Below are positions 34,401 through 48,199 of a DNA stretch of 64,000 nucleotides, in pieces. The notes beneath the pieces were generated by a model. It ran no database searches. It saw only the letters and a list, made by a program, of their open reading frames with translations, and was not told the DNA's origin. The position numbers were made by a program, and so were the translations under genes. The stretch covers positions 248,001-312,000 of the forward strand of contig RSEE01000011.1 in the NCBI GenBank assembly GCA_003971905.1, in the 5' to 3' direction. Origin of the DNA: Moniliella sp. 'wahieum'. Taxonomy: Eukaryota. Within the stretch, counting starts at the first letter, position 1; the number at the start of each line of letters is the position of its first letter.

Positions 34401-37400
34401 GGGGCGGCGATCGATGTTTTAGCTCGCTTGTTGGGCAGTGTCTGCTGTGGTGGAGTCTCGCTTAGCTCCGCTGTCCCCTCCCAAAGCAGCCGAGCCAGCG
34501 ATCAAGGTGGAGTCTGGCGCATCCCCTGCAGTCCCCTTGCCATCGGATGAGATGGAGGTGGACCAAGAATCGGATCAACCGAGAAAGAGGTACCCCATTT
34601 GGAGCTGATGGACCATGGTGTCGACCAGCCTCTGAGCTTCCTCTCATCCGTCGATGCAGTCGAAGGCACGGTGCAGGCTTACGCTCTATTGATTTCTTGT
34701 GGGGTCGATGCTCCACCCGTGTCTGCTCGCGAGGAAGCGCATCGGTTTTGGTTTGCCCAGGCCTGGGCAGAGGTGCAGCAACTGCGTCGAAGTGCAGAAG
34801 AGGTACTGAGCCCCCCGACTGCTGTGGACAATATTGAGGCTCAGATGGAACCAGCTCGTACATGCCTTCGCCCGCGGACCTGGAGCATGCACGGAGCTGA
34901 TGACGACAACCGAGAATGCCCAGTCTGTCTTGGCTGCCGCCTGGCGGTCATCCATTGGGTCAAGTGCATCAAAGCGGGCTCAATCGGACTGTGCCATGGC
35001 CATGGCACGCGCATCGTGGGCGCTCGCCCTGGCTACGTGCGTCGGACCCCCTTGGCGACGATCCAAACGATCCTTGTGGAAAGTTTGAACGATCATGTCG
35101 TGGGCAACCGCACGCGTGCGCCGGGCACTAGCCACCATGACAGAGCGGCTCTGGTCCGATGCTCAGCTTACAGAGACGGTCCTATCCCGTTTAGCCGATA
35201 CATCGCCCAGCGTACGAGATGCCGCTCTACAGCTGGTGGGGAACCATGTTCTCTCCCAGTTACGTCTGCCTAACGCGGATCCCCTCGTTGCGTTGCGGGC
35301 GTATGCACCCATTTTACTCGGTCGTGCTCACGACGCATCCCTTTCGGTACGAAAACGTGCCTTGCGCTTATGTGCTGCGGCCTACGCGCACTTGGTCCAC
35401 CCAGCGATGAGGTATGTTTATCCCTGCTCACTGGTGCAATGGCCAAACCTAGGCACTGACTGAATCCATTTATTATCTAGCCTACCGAGAAATGGACGAG
35501 ATGCGTGTCCAGCTTGCCCTCGTTCTCGTTCGAGCTGTCGGAGATGACGATACTGCTGTGCAGCAGTTGGCACTGGACGAGATGCAAGAAGTTTGGTTTG
35601 GTCTTGGATCTTCCTCGCCCGCTCCAGTCATGAGCAAGAACGGCAAGTCGGAGCACAAGTTGATCAAACAAGAGTCGCAGTACCCACGGAATCGCTCGTT
35701 GCTCATGCGCGCATCATTACCTCCGTCTGTGGACAAGTGCAGGAGCGGCCGTCCCCACTCGAGGACATTTTCCGTCGGGTCGGGCGTCCGTCTACGCCGG
35801 CCGGAGCTGGCTTGGGTGCCCGTGACCCCCTCACGGCCGAGGGTTTGGAACGGGCTTGCCGTGCGTTGGTCGATCATCTCCTTGCAGCCCTCGTTGGGCT
35901 CGAGCCAGCCGGAGGAAAATTTACCGACTGGATGGCCACCGTTCACACCATCGTCGTTGCTCACCCGACTGCTTTGAGCGTGGCACGGACCAAAGCGTTA
36001 CTCCCGTATCTTCGTGCAGCCCAGGGATCCGCCGAACTTCGTATTGCCGAACTCATCATTCGCATCCTTCGAGCACGTCTTCCATCCCTTCCTCGTACAG
36101 CTCGTCTCTTTGCCGAAAAGCTTCAAACCACCTTGGCGGCAGCAATCAACCGTGTGCCTGCCGGCGTAGCCCCACTGGCTCCGTTCCTGCAAGTCCTCGT
36201 TGCTACCTTCTCGACGGCGGCCAACACATTGACCCTCAGCTTTGGCTTGCTGGTCGCATGGCAGCTGCCGCTTGGAAACGCTGGAAGGAATCGGTTGTCT
36301 ACTCAGAAGATGGCGTCCCCCTTCCCCCACACGGCCATTGCGCTGGCCACCTCTCTCACTGCACTTTTGGTTGAACATACCGATTTCGATGCTCTGAGGG
36401 TGAGCGAGCCCGAGACCATGGTCCCGCTTGACGCGGTGGTACCTCCGGGACAAGAGGTCCGCGCAAGCCTGGTGACCGACCTTCTTTCATTTTTGCCCGT
36501 CCCATCCTGGCGTCCTCTGGCGCTTCGGGCACTCGGATTTCTCCTTCGCCGCCACGCGCAGTTGTGGACCAGACCTGATGTCGCACAAGCCATATCCCAG
36601 TCCCTTCCACCCCCTTACGCTACCCAACCTACCCAGCCCGACGCAGAGGAGCTGCATCAGCGCTCACGTCATCTCATTTTGACTACCATGACAGAGTTCC
36701 TCGCTTTGGACGACGAACGCCTAGAGGAGGCAACAACCAAGCGCGAGCGTGAGGCTGTCCAGCTGGCCCGTACTGCTGGACGTTCAGCCCGTGCTGAGCT
36801 TTTGGTGGGTGAGACGGACACCCTGGCTGATTCGAGGTACGTTTCCCTTTCCCTCTATTTTTGTCTCTGTTCCATGGGTGCCAGAACTAACCTACTCTTG
36901 TTGGTAGTGTGAGCACACAAGTTATTCAACAGTACCTCGAGCCCGTCTTGGCGTGCCTAGGAAATCCTGCGGCCCCTGCCATACAGACGCTAGCACTCGA
37001 GGTGGTCCGTCATACGGTCTTGCGTGGTCTAGCTCATCCGCTCCAATGCCTCCCCGCTCTGATCGGGCTGGAAACTTCGTCGGATGCACGTTTGGCCACG
37101 CGTGCTGCCACGCTCCACTTGCACCTTTCCAATCGGCACGCTTCGCTTCTCCATGTCCGTTGGCCTGACCATATCAAGGCAGCTTTTGACTACCACCTGG
37201 CTGAGCACGAGGCTCTCCGCACTAAGGAATTGGCCATTTCCTCCAGCGAAGGTCGGGACCCGGTGCCCGAACCCATGCTCCGTGGCTTCCAGATGGGGGA
37301 GGGGATGCCACGCGCCCTGTTGGGGTCTTGGTATGCATTGGTGGTGCCAAAACGGGCGGCACGGGTCGAGTTTCTCAAAGCATTGGTTCGAATGGTGGAC

Positions 37401-38691
37401 GTCGATGTTTCTCTTCCTGTGACGGACGAGCGATTGGCCCTAGCCCGTTTTGCCGCGGATAACTTAGCCACGCTCCCATACAAGGGGCAAGACGAGGTGA
37501 TCCAAGTGGTGCACGAGTTGATCGTTATGCTCACCTTGAGTGGCATGCAGACCTTGGCCGTTGCGGCAGCGTATGGTCAGAGGATCGAAGCTGAGACGGT
37601 ACCTGTCTTGCCCAGGGCTCAGGGGCTGGCACCGACAGCCCGTTGCACGGCTGGCCCCTTTTCCGACGCAGCCTCCTCCCCACCCCCCTTGTCCAGCCCG
37701 ATTCGGTCCCCGTCCCGCCTGGCCTCGAGCCCCTTGCGGCAGGCCACCCGCTCTCCTTCTCGCGCAACGGCTTCCTCGCCCTCTGGCCCAACGCGACGCA
37801 GCCTACGTGACCGCAAGGACGTCTTTTACGGCTCTTCAGTACGTTACCTTTTCACTCTGGTTCTGTTCTGGGGTTACTAACTGTCTCTTGTTCCAGTCGG
37901 AGGACGAGTCGGAGAAGGAAACAGCAAGTGAAGACGATGGAACGGCAAGCCCATCTAAATCCACCTCCACCGCGCACGAAGATGAAGGCTTAGAATCGTC
38001 CGATTCGAGCAGCAGCAGTGACGATGGTGGTGCCAGTGATTGGAGCGACGCGACGAACGAAAGCTGCAAGCGTCCAAGGGGGCCAGAGCAAGCCCAAACT
38101 CAAGCGACTGGCGCATGGCTTGACGGCCCAGCCACGCCCCGCGTCGCCGCCCGTACCCTCGGCATGCACACTGTGCCCGGCGCCGAGATTCTGGCGTTGG
38201 ATATGAACCTAGATGGGGACGGGAATGGGGACGCGGAGCTTCCTTCTTCACAGGGTGGCGCCAAACCTACCATGGCGGACCATGCGCGTGCGGCACTCGC
38301 CATGTCCATCGCTTTGGGGTTGCGGGTGCATCTTCGTTGGTTGTACCGGGTGACCGATGCCCAGCTCACGCGCCACGCACAGCTGGTGAGCGCTGGAACG
38401 CGTCGGCGCGGCCGGGTGCAGGAGGCGTCCAATCGTCAAGCCAACCTGCGTGCGTTGGAGGATCCGGATCATATGGCATTGGATCTGGAAACGCCGCTCA
38501 AGGCAGTACAGCAAGCCGTGCTGGATGCGATTCCCGCCGCCGACTTGGAAGGAATCGGGCAAGAGGGCGTTGCAGCGGACAAGATGCGTGTGTCAACGGA
38601 CTTGCATGTGCTGCGTCTGTTCCAGGAGCTCGTCGCTTCCGATGCCCCGGTGGAGATGGAGGATGATTTGTCGGATTCGGACGAGGACTAA
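31447..38691 (+). CDS. SCC2: Cohesin loader Scc2/Mis4 (Nipped-B)
   Basis: HEAT block RLADTSPSVRDAALQLVG...DASLSVRKRALRL, and Nipped-B C-terminal VIQQYL...RGLAHPLQCLPALIGLETS and ARFAADNLATLPY..QDEV. Introns near 35412-35480, 36837-36907 and 37839-37897; many frameshifts; start uncertain. Confidence 0.88.
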
Positions 38692-40934
38692 ACCGCAAAC
38701 CACTGAGCGGTTCGACTAGCCACCGAACATCTCGGAATGCTCAATGAACATGAACGTGAACGTGAACATGTAGGTGTCTAGCTCCCGCTGTCCATGTTTT
38801 GCTGCGATCACATCGTTCAAGCAAATGACACTAGCTTGTGGTTCCCCCCACCAGCATGTCAAAACACCCTACCCTGCACATACCTATACTGTTTTCTCAC
38901 CGCAATTCCATGTGTTTCGACGTCGGTCGGATGGTGTCAAGGTTTTCTTCCTATAGGATCACGCCGACCACAGTGGGGTATGTGTACGGAGGAGACTATA
39001 TGTGTATTATGGAGATCGAGAGAGGGCGATATAAAGGCTCGGACGAAAGCAAATCGAACTTCAACCGAAATGGTTGCCCATAGACGGTCGATAAGAAACT
39101 GGGTGACCAACAACACAAGAGTGAAAAAGCTACTGTGACCTGTGTTCTGTTGGGACAGCCAGAGAGAGCTTGGAAATCGAGACGAAGGTTGTCTGTGCTG
39201 GGTTAATTGCGTTAACTGGGGAGCATGCATAATGGCAAAGCATGTTTACACAACACATAGTGAAGACAAAGTGAATATAATAGACAAAATGGCCTGCTAT
39301 AGGGAGGAAAGCGTGTAGGCCAAGGCTAGACGTCACACTGAGGCTATAGTAAAGCAAAAACAAACGAAAAGGAAGCTGGAAAACCAAGCCCACACAGCCT
39401 TCAGTCAGGAACACGGACCAGCAAGAGGGATTATCGATTATCGATTAATGTTCTATGAACAGGCTCTCAGCACCCACAGTCAGGAACGGGAAAAGCATGA
39501 GCCGGTGAATCTCGGACCGAGAATGGAACGCATAAATCCGCGGACGGTCAACTTAGAGCCCACGCACGCTTATATGAATACGCGCGAAAAGGTTCAGTAT
39601 AAAAAGGATCGTTAGGAGACATGTGAAGAGATCGAGATACATATATTGAAGCAATACTAGTAGGAAGGACCAATAAAAGGCAATTCGCGGGCCATCTCGG
39701 TCTTAAAAAAACAGACTCGATCCAAGTGATACAGATCGAAGGGAGAGACTTGCTCCGTTTATTAAACACAAAACAGAACTATTTACATCTGATTGTAGAA
39801 GGTTTCGTGCCACGCGGGGGAAACGATCGGGAGAAGAATGGGAAACGAAGTAGCCCTTGCTCTTCTTTAGGGCTCTGTCTGTTCCCGCCTGTTAAGCTGT
39901 GTGGTAACGCTGCGAGGAACAGAGTAACTTCGGAGCTCCTGGACCCCTCCAACTGGTCTAACGACCTACGTACTCGGCTCTTCCTACCTCGGAGGGTCTG
40001 AGCTGCGGCCTCTGCACGCAGGCAGCCACCCAAACTAGAGGGTCTCTCCCTCGCCTCTACGCCCGCGCGGTTCAACCAGGATCTGAAGCAGGACGTAACG
40101 TACGAGACACCAATTGGCCTGTCTAAGGGTTATATATATATACCTGTAAACTACAGGAGGGGTCCATGACACTTGACGTGGACAGAGAGGTCAGTATAAG
40201 TACGATATACTTGGCACAAATACTTGGTATTCAGTGCGGGTGAACTCAATATTTAGCACGCCCTCACAGTCCTCCAGGCCTCACGGGCCTGTGCATGGAC
40301 ACCAGGACTCTCCTTCTTCCATTATATCTACGACCTTGTGTGCTTCAAGCCCATTGCACTCTTCAGCTCTAGCCTCACACGTTTCATCATAAACTCTGCG
40401 TCTCGCCCGCACTGGGGCAGGCATTACAAACTGGCACGTACTATAGACACACGTGCTGCCCATCACACAGGTACAAAAAACTGTATAGTACAGACGTTTT
40501 ATGATCACGAAACCCTACTCCGTTAGTTCTACTATACGACTATAGCGCTGCGCAGAACCTCTTCCTAGCATTGTTGTCGGAGTACCGCGAGAGTGTATAC
40601 TCAAAAGAGTCCTGATCGCACTGTATTACTGATCGCCTAACTGCCACCCATACGTAAACCGTAACGTTGACCATTTCCTATAGTCTCTTCAATAGAGCTA
40701 CTATGTAGTGGCTCCTAGCTCTCCTAGGAGGCCCTAAGGCCTGTGATGGTCCCGCAGTGCCGGTGTATAGAGTGCGCAGCCTGTGTATAGTAAAAGGCAC
40801 ACACAGGCCTCTCTCACCGGGAGACTGAGTACTATAACCTGTAGACTGAGTATACTGATGTACTCACAGTGAAGCGCCTCCAATTATAAGAGTAAGAAAA
40901 AGGGGGGGTCTCGATTATAGAATAGTAGAATAGA

Positions 40935-41006
40935 GTTTAGACGCAGAGCGTTTCCCTGTCCCAGCCTTAAGCTCCTCCGTCAATGATATGGATGCAGTAT
41001 GGAGGT
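40935..41006 (-). repeat. Inverted copy of the 494-562 repeat
   Basis: Reverse complement reads CACCTCCATACTGCATCCATATCATTGACGGAGGAGCTTAAGGCTGGGACAGGGAAACGCTCTGCGTCTAAAC. Confidence 0.85.
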
Positions 41007-41668
41007 GTATCGTGAGCGAGAGGGCTCTCCGCCACTTGTGATTCTCTCCGCCCCTTGTGATTCTCGCTCGGACAAATGTCGGACTCCTATGTTGCAGCAC
41101 TTTTCCATAAGGGCAGCGACCTGTATCTAGGCGCCTGATGTCCGAGACGTCCGACCGAGTGTAGAGTTTGTGTATATATTGTTTTGAGTACTGCCACAGA
41201 GTATATTCCTGCTTTGTGCCGATGACATCATGCATCGTGGTCGGTCATTCGATGACTACACTGTACGTGTGTCCATGCGATAATCTTTTGGGCATACGCG
41301 TTTTATATATGCGTTTCCAGCCGATCTACCGGGCCGATCGACCCCTTCACCATCGCGACAATCACATCGATTCTGCTTGCAGATGATCACTAGCTTCACT
41401 AGTCACTAGTCACCTGTCATTATCGTCCGTAGTCCCTAGCTCCTAGTTCCTAGAGTCATTACTGGTCAGTGGGTGGAGCTGCCCGTTAAAACGTGTGCGA
41501 CCTCAAGGTTTCCACTATCGTGGCGAGGAAAAGACTTCCCTCCCAGTTGTCTGTCACATCACACAGCCACTCGGCCACCTTGCCCATTTCAATTGGCTTG
41601 CTTCAACTTCCCTTCCTCTCTCTTTCTTCTCTTCGTCGCACCTCCCTCGGCCTACTGCAACTTCCATC

Positions 41669-42664
41669 ATGGGTGCGTATTCAGATGTGGACGACTGCCA
41701 TCACATCGATCCCACACCCGGGGCCACCTGTCAGCTGGACAATGCACCATACGAGTACATTCCCACTCTCGGCTGAGCATCCTCTTCACCGTCCTCTTTG
41801 GCATCCAGTTCATCCTTCACTGTCTCTTGGCACTTTGGCCCGGCCGATTCCGCCGTGGGGGCTTTATGCTGCTTGCCGCCATCTGTGCTGCCGGCGAACT
41901 CGCTGGCTGGATCGCCCGTCTTTACAGTCACTTTAACTTCTTTCAGGTTGACCCCTACATTGCCCAGCTTGTGTGCCTCATCTTGAGTCCTGTCTTCATC
42001 AGCGCGGCCAACTACGTGACACTCCAACGTATCATCTTTAGTGTTGGGACGGAGCTGACCCGGATTAGCACCAAGGTTTACATTAGCGTCTTTGTCACGG
42101 GTGATATCATTTCCCTCGTTATCCAAGCCGTTGGAGGTGGTATGAGCGCTTCAGCTGATACTGACTCGGATGTACACACCGGTTCGCATATTGCTTTGGC
42201 TGGTGTCATTATCCAGACACTGATTACGGGCCCCTTCCTTATCCTCTTGACGGATTTCCTTGTGCGCCACTACTTTGCTTGGAAGGCCGGTCAATATCGC
42301 GAGCGCTGGAAGGGAACTATTCTCGTCGCATGTGCTTCACTCTTGTCTTCGATTTTCGTCCTATTCGGTGTGTGTATCGTTGCGTTGAGATGAGGCAAGG
42401 ATGGACGGGCTATCTTGCGGTGCACGAGGTCTGGTTCCCCATCTTTGATGCCACCATGATCTTTTCTCTTCTTCGTCTTCCTTGTGGTTCATCCCGGCTT
42501 TTCTTACCAACGCCTTGGGCGGAACGAGGGGGGATAAGTTCTTCGTTATGGAGAAGCCAGATGACGCCAACGACTTTTCGGAAGGGGAGTACGGAGGGTA
42601 CCCGGAGAATCGTGCAAAGCTCGCCGCAACACTCCCATCTTCCACCTACCAACAGCATGGTTAA
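41669..42664 (+). CDS. RTA1-like (lipid-translocating exporter family) 7-TM protein
   Basis: PYEYIP, GELAGWIARL, Q.VCLILSPVFISAANY..L.RII, VFVTGDIISLVIQAVGGG, IRCVYRCVE..QGWTGYL..HE.WF.IFD. Frameshifts near 41770, 42355 and 42470. Confidence 0.92.
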
Positions 42665-43189
42665 GGATGGGGATTTGTCTACCGCATAAACGGAACTTGC
42701 TTCTCATTCGTTGGCCGCTCCCCCTGTTGGCCCTGGTCCTATGAAAATCGAATAACCTCGGGGCAAGTACTACTAAGTGCCAGTCGCAATTCCATGTATA
42801 TATGATTCTCCAGCCCGACTGTAGGGCCACCTTTACTGTCACGCCTGTGCCTTGTTGATGCGCGGCAACAACCCACCTCTATCCTGAGCCATGCTAAACC
42901 ATGAACCATGAGCAGCCACTTTGCGTTCGACTCGGATGCAGGAGGACATTTGTTCATCTAGCCGTTTGTGGCTGCGTTCCTCTTTCCAATACATTACTTT
43001 TTACTCCATGATTCCAGTCTTGTCACAGGGTCTAAACGCACTCTCTTCACTGGTAATACAAGGCCACACATTTGCACAATCTACTACGGGGTAAACATCC
43101 GAGGTGGTACGAGAGACATGTGGGTAGCTAGCAGCATGCGAGAGTAGTGGGAAGGTTCTGAAGAGGCCAGGTTCGAATCAAAAGTGGGG

Positions 43190-44568
43190 CTAGTGGTCAC
43201 CAGAGTCACCCGACTGGACCGCGACGGTCTTCGCTGGGGCGGCAGGTATGCCAATGTGTTCTTGTTGGCCGGGAGAAGGGCCAATGTAGGTATAACCGCT
43301 CTCATGAAGAGGATTAAGACCGGCCTCGGTAGCGAGCTCAGCGTAAACTGGGTCGTCCTCGGTAGCTTCGAAGAACACATTTGCATGGGCCACTCCTTCA
43401 GCTGCCCGGTCCTTGCGCAACTTGCGTTGCTCCTCTTCGATTCGTGTTTTGTCCTTGGACGCAGCGACATAATCCTGAGATCGAATCCCCTTGGCTGTCT
43501 CACTCCAAACTGTACGTGATTCGCGAACATCCTCGAGCGCAGTAGAGGGACAGTGACCAAGCGGCGCGTTTGCGCGTGGGCATCTGCATCCAAAAGACCG
43601 TGTCCTTCTCCATCGCACCGGAAGTACGTTGGTCTTGAGATACCTTGCTGACTCCATCCCACGATCCAGCAATAAGAACAAGTGGGGCGGTTCCGGCAGC
43701 TTGAGAGGGAGATGCGTCTGCAGAGAGGGGTGCATACACTTCCGCATTGAAGCCGTGTGATGTACCGAAAAAAGTAGCCCTTGCCCGTGTAGTGGATTTT
43801 AGTGGTGACCCGGAACTCGAAACGATCGTGCTCTCATTGACCAACTCGAGGTAGGGGCTCATGTACCACAGCCCCTCAATGGCCACCTCGGGTAAGGTCA
43901 GAAGGTACCTCTCCTCCTCCTCAGTCCCGGGCACTCGGACTCGAAGTACCGCATGGCCGACCTGCCGCACCCGAATTGATCCCTTGGAGAAGGTAGTCTG
44001 TTGACCCGAATATCCCGTGACTGAGATGCCGCCTGGGCATTGATAATATGATAGGCCGAGATGGGCGGGTGGTGCGAAACTTGCTCGGCCACAAGCTGGG
44101 TCGGTCCAGCCGTTGAAGCATCAGGATGGTCGGGTGCCTCGCAATCGGGCGCATTAGGGTCGGGACTGGCAGGCCACTCACCCCGAAAGAGTTCGCCCAG
44201 AACGGGGTTGAGCGGTTTCTTCTCCATTCCGGCCGAGCGGTTGCGCGCTGTGTAGGCACCACGCAGAGTCGAGATAAACCAACGCAGGACGCACAGCATT
44301 CGTTCCGCTGGATCTTCCGCCTTGGCGATTGCAACTAGCTCCGATGGATGCTCTCCCCAATAGGCAGAAAATTCGAGAAGCGAAACAGGAGAGAGGATGA
44401 AGGAAGGTGCAGTTAGGGCGCTTAGGTCCCCCCGGAATGATGCGAGCGTGCCCAAAAAAGCTTCCATGTCGGCGCTTGCCCCGCAGTTTCCCCAGGCGCC
44501 TGAGGCGCAGAAGTTGGGGGAATGTCGGGGCTATCAGGTGTGCTGGACGCCGGATCTGGAACGGACAT
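43190..44568 (-). CDS. Oxysterol-binding protein, Kes1/Osh4 subfamily
   Basis: FRGDLSALTAPSFILSP.SLLEF..YW, EKKPLNPVLGELF.G.W, EQVSHHPPISAY, LPEVAIEGLWY.SPY.EL, KTRIEEEQRKLRK. Frameshifts. Confidence 0.93.
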
Positions 44569-45462
44569 GGCAGGGCAAGAAGGAAAGTGGGAAATGGTGG
44601 TGTACAACAGCCTTTATCAGTCAAATGCCGCGTTGGCCGTCAAGACACGTTGAACCGATGCGGTGCAACAATCGTGGTGGATGCAGATGAGTGAAGAAGT
44701 GAAATTGAAGGGGCGCCTTGGTGGACCGACCTCGTTTGGGTAAACTTGGTTGAGCGCGTTAAGCAATGAGCAATGCGGGATGGGACTTTGAGGGGTCGGT
44801 TTGGTTGTTGGGGGAGCGCAGCGATGGTGCTGGTGGTGGAAAGGAGGAGGGCGGGGAAGCCGCTTGCTCTTGGACTATATCCTAGCCCGTCCCAAATGAT
44901 CATGCCCTTGCCAACCCTAGGCCCACAAAGGACATCAAGCCAACTCTAGCACGTGCGCAGCGTCGATTTTTGGGACAGTCACCTAGTTACTCGAGCTATG
45001 TCGACAAGCCAGTACCAGTACTCCTAGTACTCAATGGGCACGCTGGGCTGTTGGCCTTTCATCGTGTTTCGTCCAGTAGTGGCCCACTCTCAGGTTCTCA
45101 GCCACCTCATCCCTTGAGGCCTCATGGACTCATGGCCGCAAGGGCCCATGGGCTCATGGCCTGACGGTGTTACGCCTTATGTATCGTATCACCTGTGCCA
45201 GCACCATCTACCACTTCTCCGGCCAGACAGGGGAACTACGTGCATCGAACCTGTGTAGTGGAAATGGGCGCTGAAACGCCACACCACTTGCCATTGAAAA
45301 GATCAGTCAAAGCTTGGGGGCAACTGGCTGCATTCGGTTTCACCGGCTTCACCGGCTTCACCGGCTCCATAGCATTCGCACGGGGAGTACAAGCAGACGA
45401 AGGACGGCCAAAGAGTGCGACCAGATTAATGGCTGGTGGTCCATCCAACTAACTTCGACCAA

Positions 45463-46467
45463 TCACGATGGAGGTTGTGCTGGTGCCTGTTGAGTAGTAT
45501 CATGTGGAGGGGAAGGGTCCTGCATGGACAGATCAGCTGGTGGAGAGGATTGATTTTGGTCCAGGATGGAGCGCATAGACTCGATGCTAGCGCGAATGGC
45601 AGAGCATGTGCTGTTCGTGTGTGAAGAAAAGTCAAATCAGTGTCAATCACCTGGTCTGGTCAGAGAAAGAGAGGAACGAACTTTCGCATCTTTGCGGTTT
45701 TTTCCCTACGCCGCTGCAGCTGCGCAGACAGATATGCCTCGGCGTCCATATGGGCCTGGGGTGCACGCATCTCGTTGATCAAATGTTGCATGTTGACCGC
45801 CACATTGCGAACGAAGGAGGCCAAATCCATGGCTTCGTTACGCCATGTCATTCGGGACGGGGGCGGTGGTACTCCAGGAGGCACAGGCACTGGCTCATAT
45901 GCGACATACTCGCGCGGAGGCGCGGTCAACACACCCACCAGCTGGTAGTGGGCGACCAACAAACTGCGTAGCAGGCTCACCATCGCGTCCCGTTTATCTA
46001 GCGGCCGGAGTTGCCCATCTGGCCCAGGAGGCAGAGCAGGAGGGTAGAGCTGAGAAATCCCGCTTCCAGGGGCGGCAGCAACGACAGAAAGTGGGGGCAG
46101 TGTTTCTTGGATCGGCCAAACAGCGCCAAAGCACGAGTAATGACCTTCCTCCACAATCCAATCGGCCCGAGGCGGAGACAGATCAACAATATGTCGATCT
46201 GGTCTGGATTGGATTCAAGCGATTCTGCTGGTTTGGAATCTTCCGCAGATGTGCCCGGGGCAGGAGCAAGAGCGTAGCCATCCACCCGGGCGCCTTGTAG
46301 CAGCGCCTCCTGCCTGCGCAAGCGCTCGGTGGGTTGAAGTGCCTGCCACTCCTCGGCCGGCGTCTCAGACAGTCGCTCCTTTAGCTCAAGGTTGTTAGCG
46401 GTAAGAGACCCCACTCCCCCGGCGGAGGTGGGAAGATGGAAGCAGTGAAGGCCACGTCGTCTGCCAT
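45463..46467 (-). CDS. MED7: Mediator subunit Med7
   Basis: SIFPPPP, YSCFG..W, ISQLYP, SLL..HYQLVGVL, NMQHLINEMR.PQA, QLQRRREKT. Probable terminal intron ~45611-45683; frameshifts. Confidence 0.85.
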
Positions 46468-47050
46468 GCCGTCGATGGGTTGCTGCCCCGCGGGAATGAT
46501 GGTGCTGTGGCTGCGTCGAAGGTCGATGGCTGTGGTCACGCGTTTCGGTTAGAGAGGCGGGAGAGGGCCGTGGTTTCAATGTTCAAAGTACAGGCCTGCG
46601 ATCCGAGTCTATTGGTTCTACGCCTATGGGCGGAAGCATGTTTGGCACGCTTTGAGCTTTGGTTCTCAATAGGCTTCAAGAAGCAGGGGGAACAGGGGGG
46701 AACTACTTCTCCGTCACCTTGTACGCGCTCCGTATCAGTTCAGGTTCAGCCCCCCTCCATACGACTAAACTGCAGGCGTGGTACTTGCCTTTCAGTACGT
46801 TCAGTACTGGTGTTGAGTTGTGCACAAAATCTATGCCGATGCCTGTGGGGATATAATGAAAGAACGAATCTGTATACACTACACCAAACAAACTGCGGCA
46901 GGGGGTCTGAACAGTGCTGAGTGTCCAATAGAGGGATGCCAATTTCATGATGTGGATGAGGGCAGAGACATAGAAGTACATGTGGGGTGAGCACTATTGA
47001 GCAGGAGCTCGCAGTCTTGGCCAGGTCGACCTTTTGGAAGATAGGGTCCT

Positions 47051-48199
47051 TTAAAGGGTCTCGGTAAGGGTCGAGACTGGGCGGCCATTGTAGGCCACTT
47101 CGTATACCTCGGTGAAAAGAGGGTAGTCCTGTGTCCGCCCACGGGCGGCGAGGAAAAGATGAATCTCCTTGGCAGTCACAGTGCCTTGCAACTTTTGGCC
47201 GTTGAGGAGCTCAGCCTCGAGCTCATCGAACGACTTACCCGTCTTGACGAAGGCTTCCGCAACACGGCGGTTGCGCCCGCCGTAGCAGGTGGTAATCAGG
47301 TCGGCAACACCAGCGGAGGTCTCCGTAAATGTCTCGGACTTGACAGGGAAGAATTCTTGAGCAAAGTTCTTCATCTCGATCAGGCCAATGCGCATGATGG
47401 CAGCCTTGGCGTTCTCGCCCCAGCCGAGGCCATCAACGAGGCCAGCGGCAATAGCAACCACGTTCTTCAGCGCACCGCCCAGCGACACGCCGTATACATC
47501 TCCACAAAACCAACACGGAATTGGGGTGTCTCAAACATCTTGTGGAAGAGCTCGGCCCAAGCGCGCTGACCTTCGCGGTAACCGATCGTCGTCTCGGAAA
47601 ACTTGCCACGCGCAACCTCGTTAGCAATGTTGGCACCGGAGAGCGCCGAGCACTTGCATCCGAGGTACTCCTCGATAACATCGGCAAACACACGGATGTG
47701 GGTCGTCTCAACCTCGACACCCTTGATCATGGAGATGCGTGGGCGTGGGGTGCAATGTGGCCCTTAAGCTTCTTGCAAATCCCATCAATAAACTGATGGG
47801 GGGTAACAAAGACAAGAAGGTTGGCATCCTTTGCCGTCTCGACAGGGTCGGGGCAAGCATAGACATTGTCGGGCAGGGCCACGCCAGGCAAGTATTTGAC
47901 GTTCTCGTGGTCTTCGTTGATGATCTCAGTCAGGTTGCGGCCGTCAATCTTTTCCTCGTAGACATACATCCACACGCGTTCCTGGAACAAGTCCGGGAAC
48001 TTGCGGACGTTCTCGCCAATGATCTTAGCAATGGCGCTACCCCTACAGATCAGAATGTGTTAGTAAGAGCCCCAGAACCTCTGACCCAATGAGCTGGCAG
48101 AGGGAATGCCAGAAGGGACACGGGCTGGGGGGGGCATACGCACCAGTTGCCAGAGCCAATGATGGCGACCTTGAACTGCTTGTTGGTGGGAACGGACAT
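47051..48199 (-). CDS. GPD1: NAD-dependent glycerol-3-phosphate dehydrogenase
   Basis: [16 protein letters not shown] (intron 48043-48143), [61 protein letters not shown]. Confidence 0.97.

Noticed and set aside
494..41006. Single 40-kb giant transposon bounded by the inverted 70-bp repeats
   Set aside because: The interval holds core housekeeping genes and no transposase or recombinase; independent insertions are more parsimonious.
43170..43181. GGTTCGAATC tRNA B-box
   Set aside because: No cloverleaf or A-box; lies just past the OSH4 stop codon.
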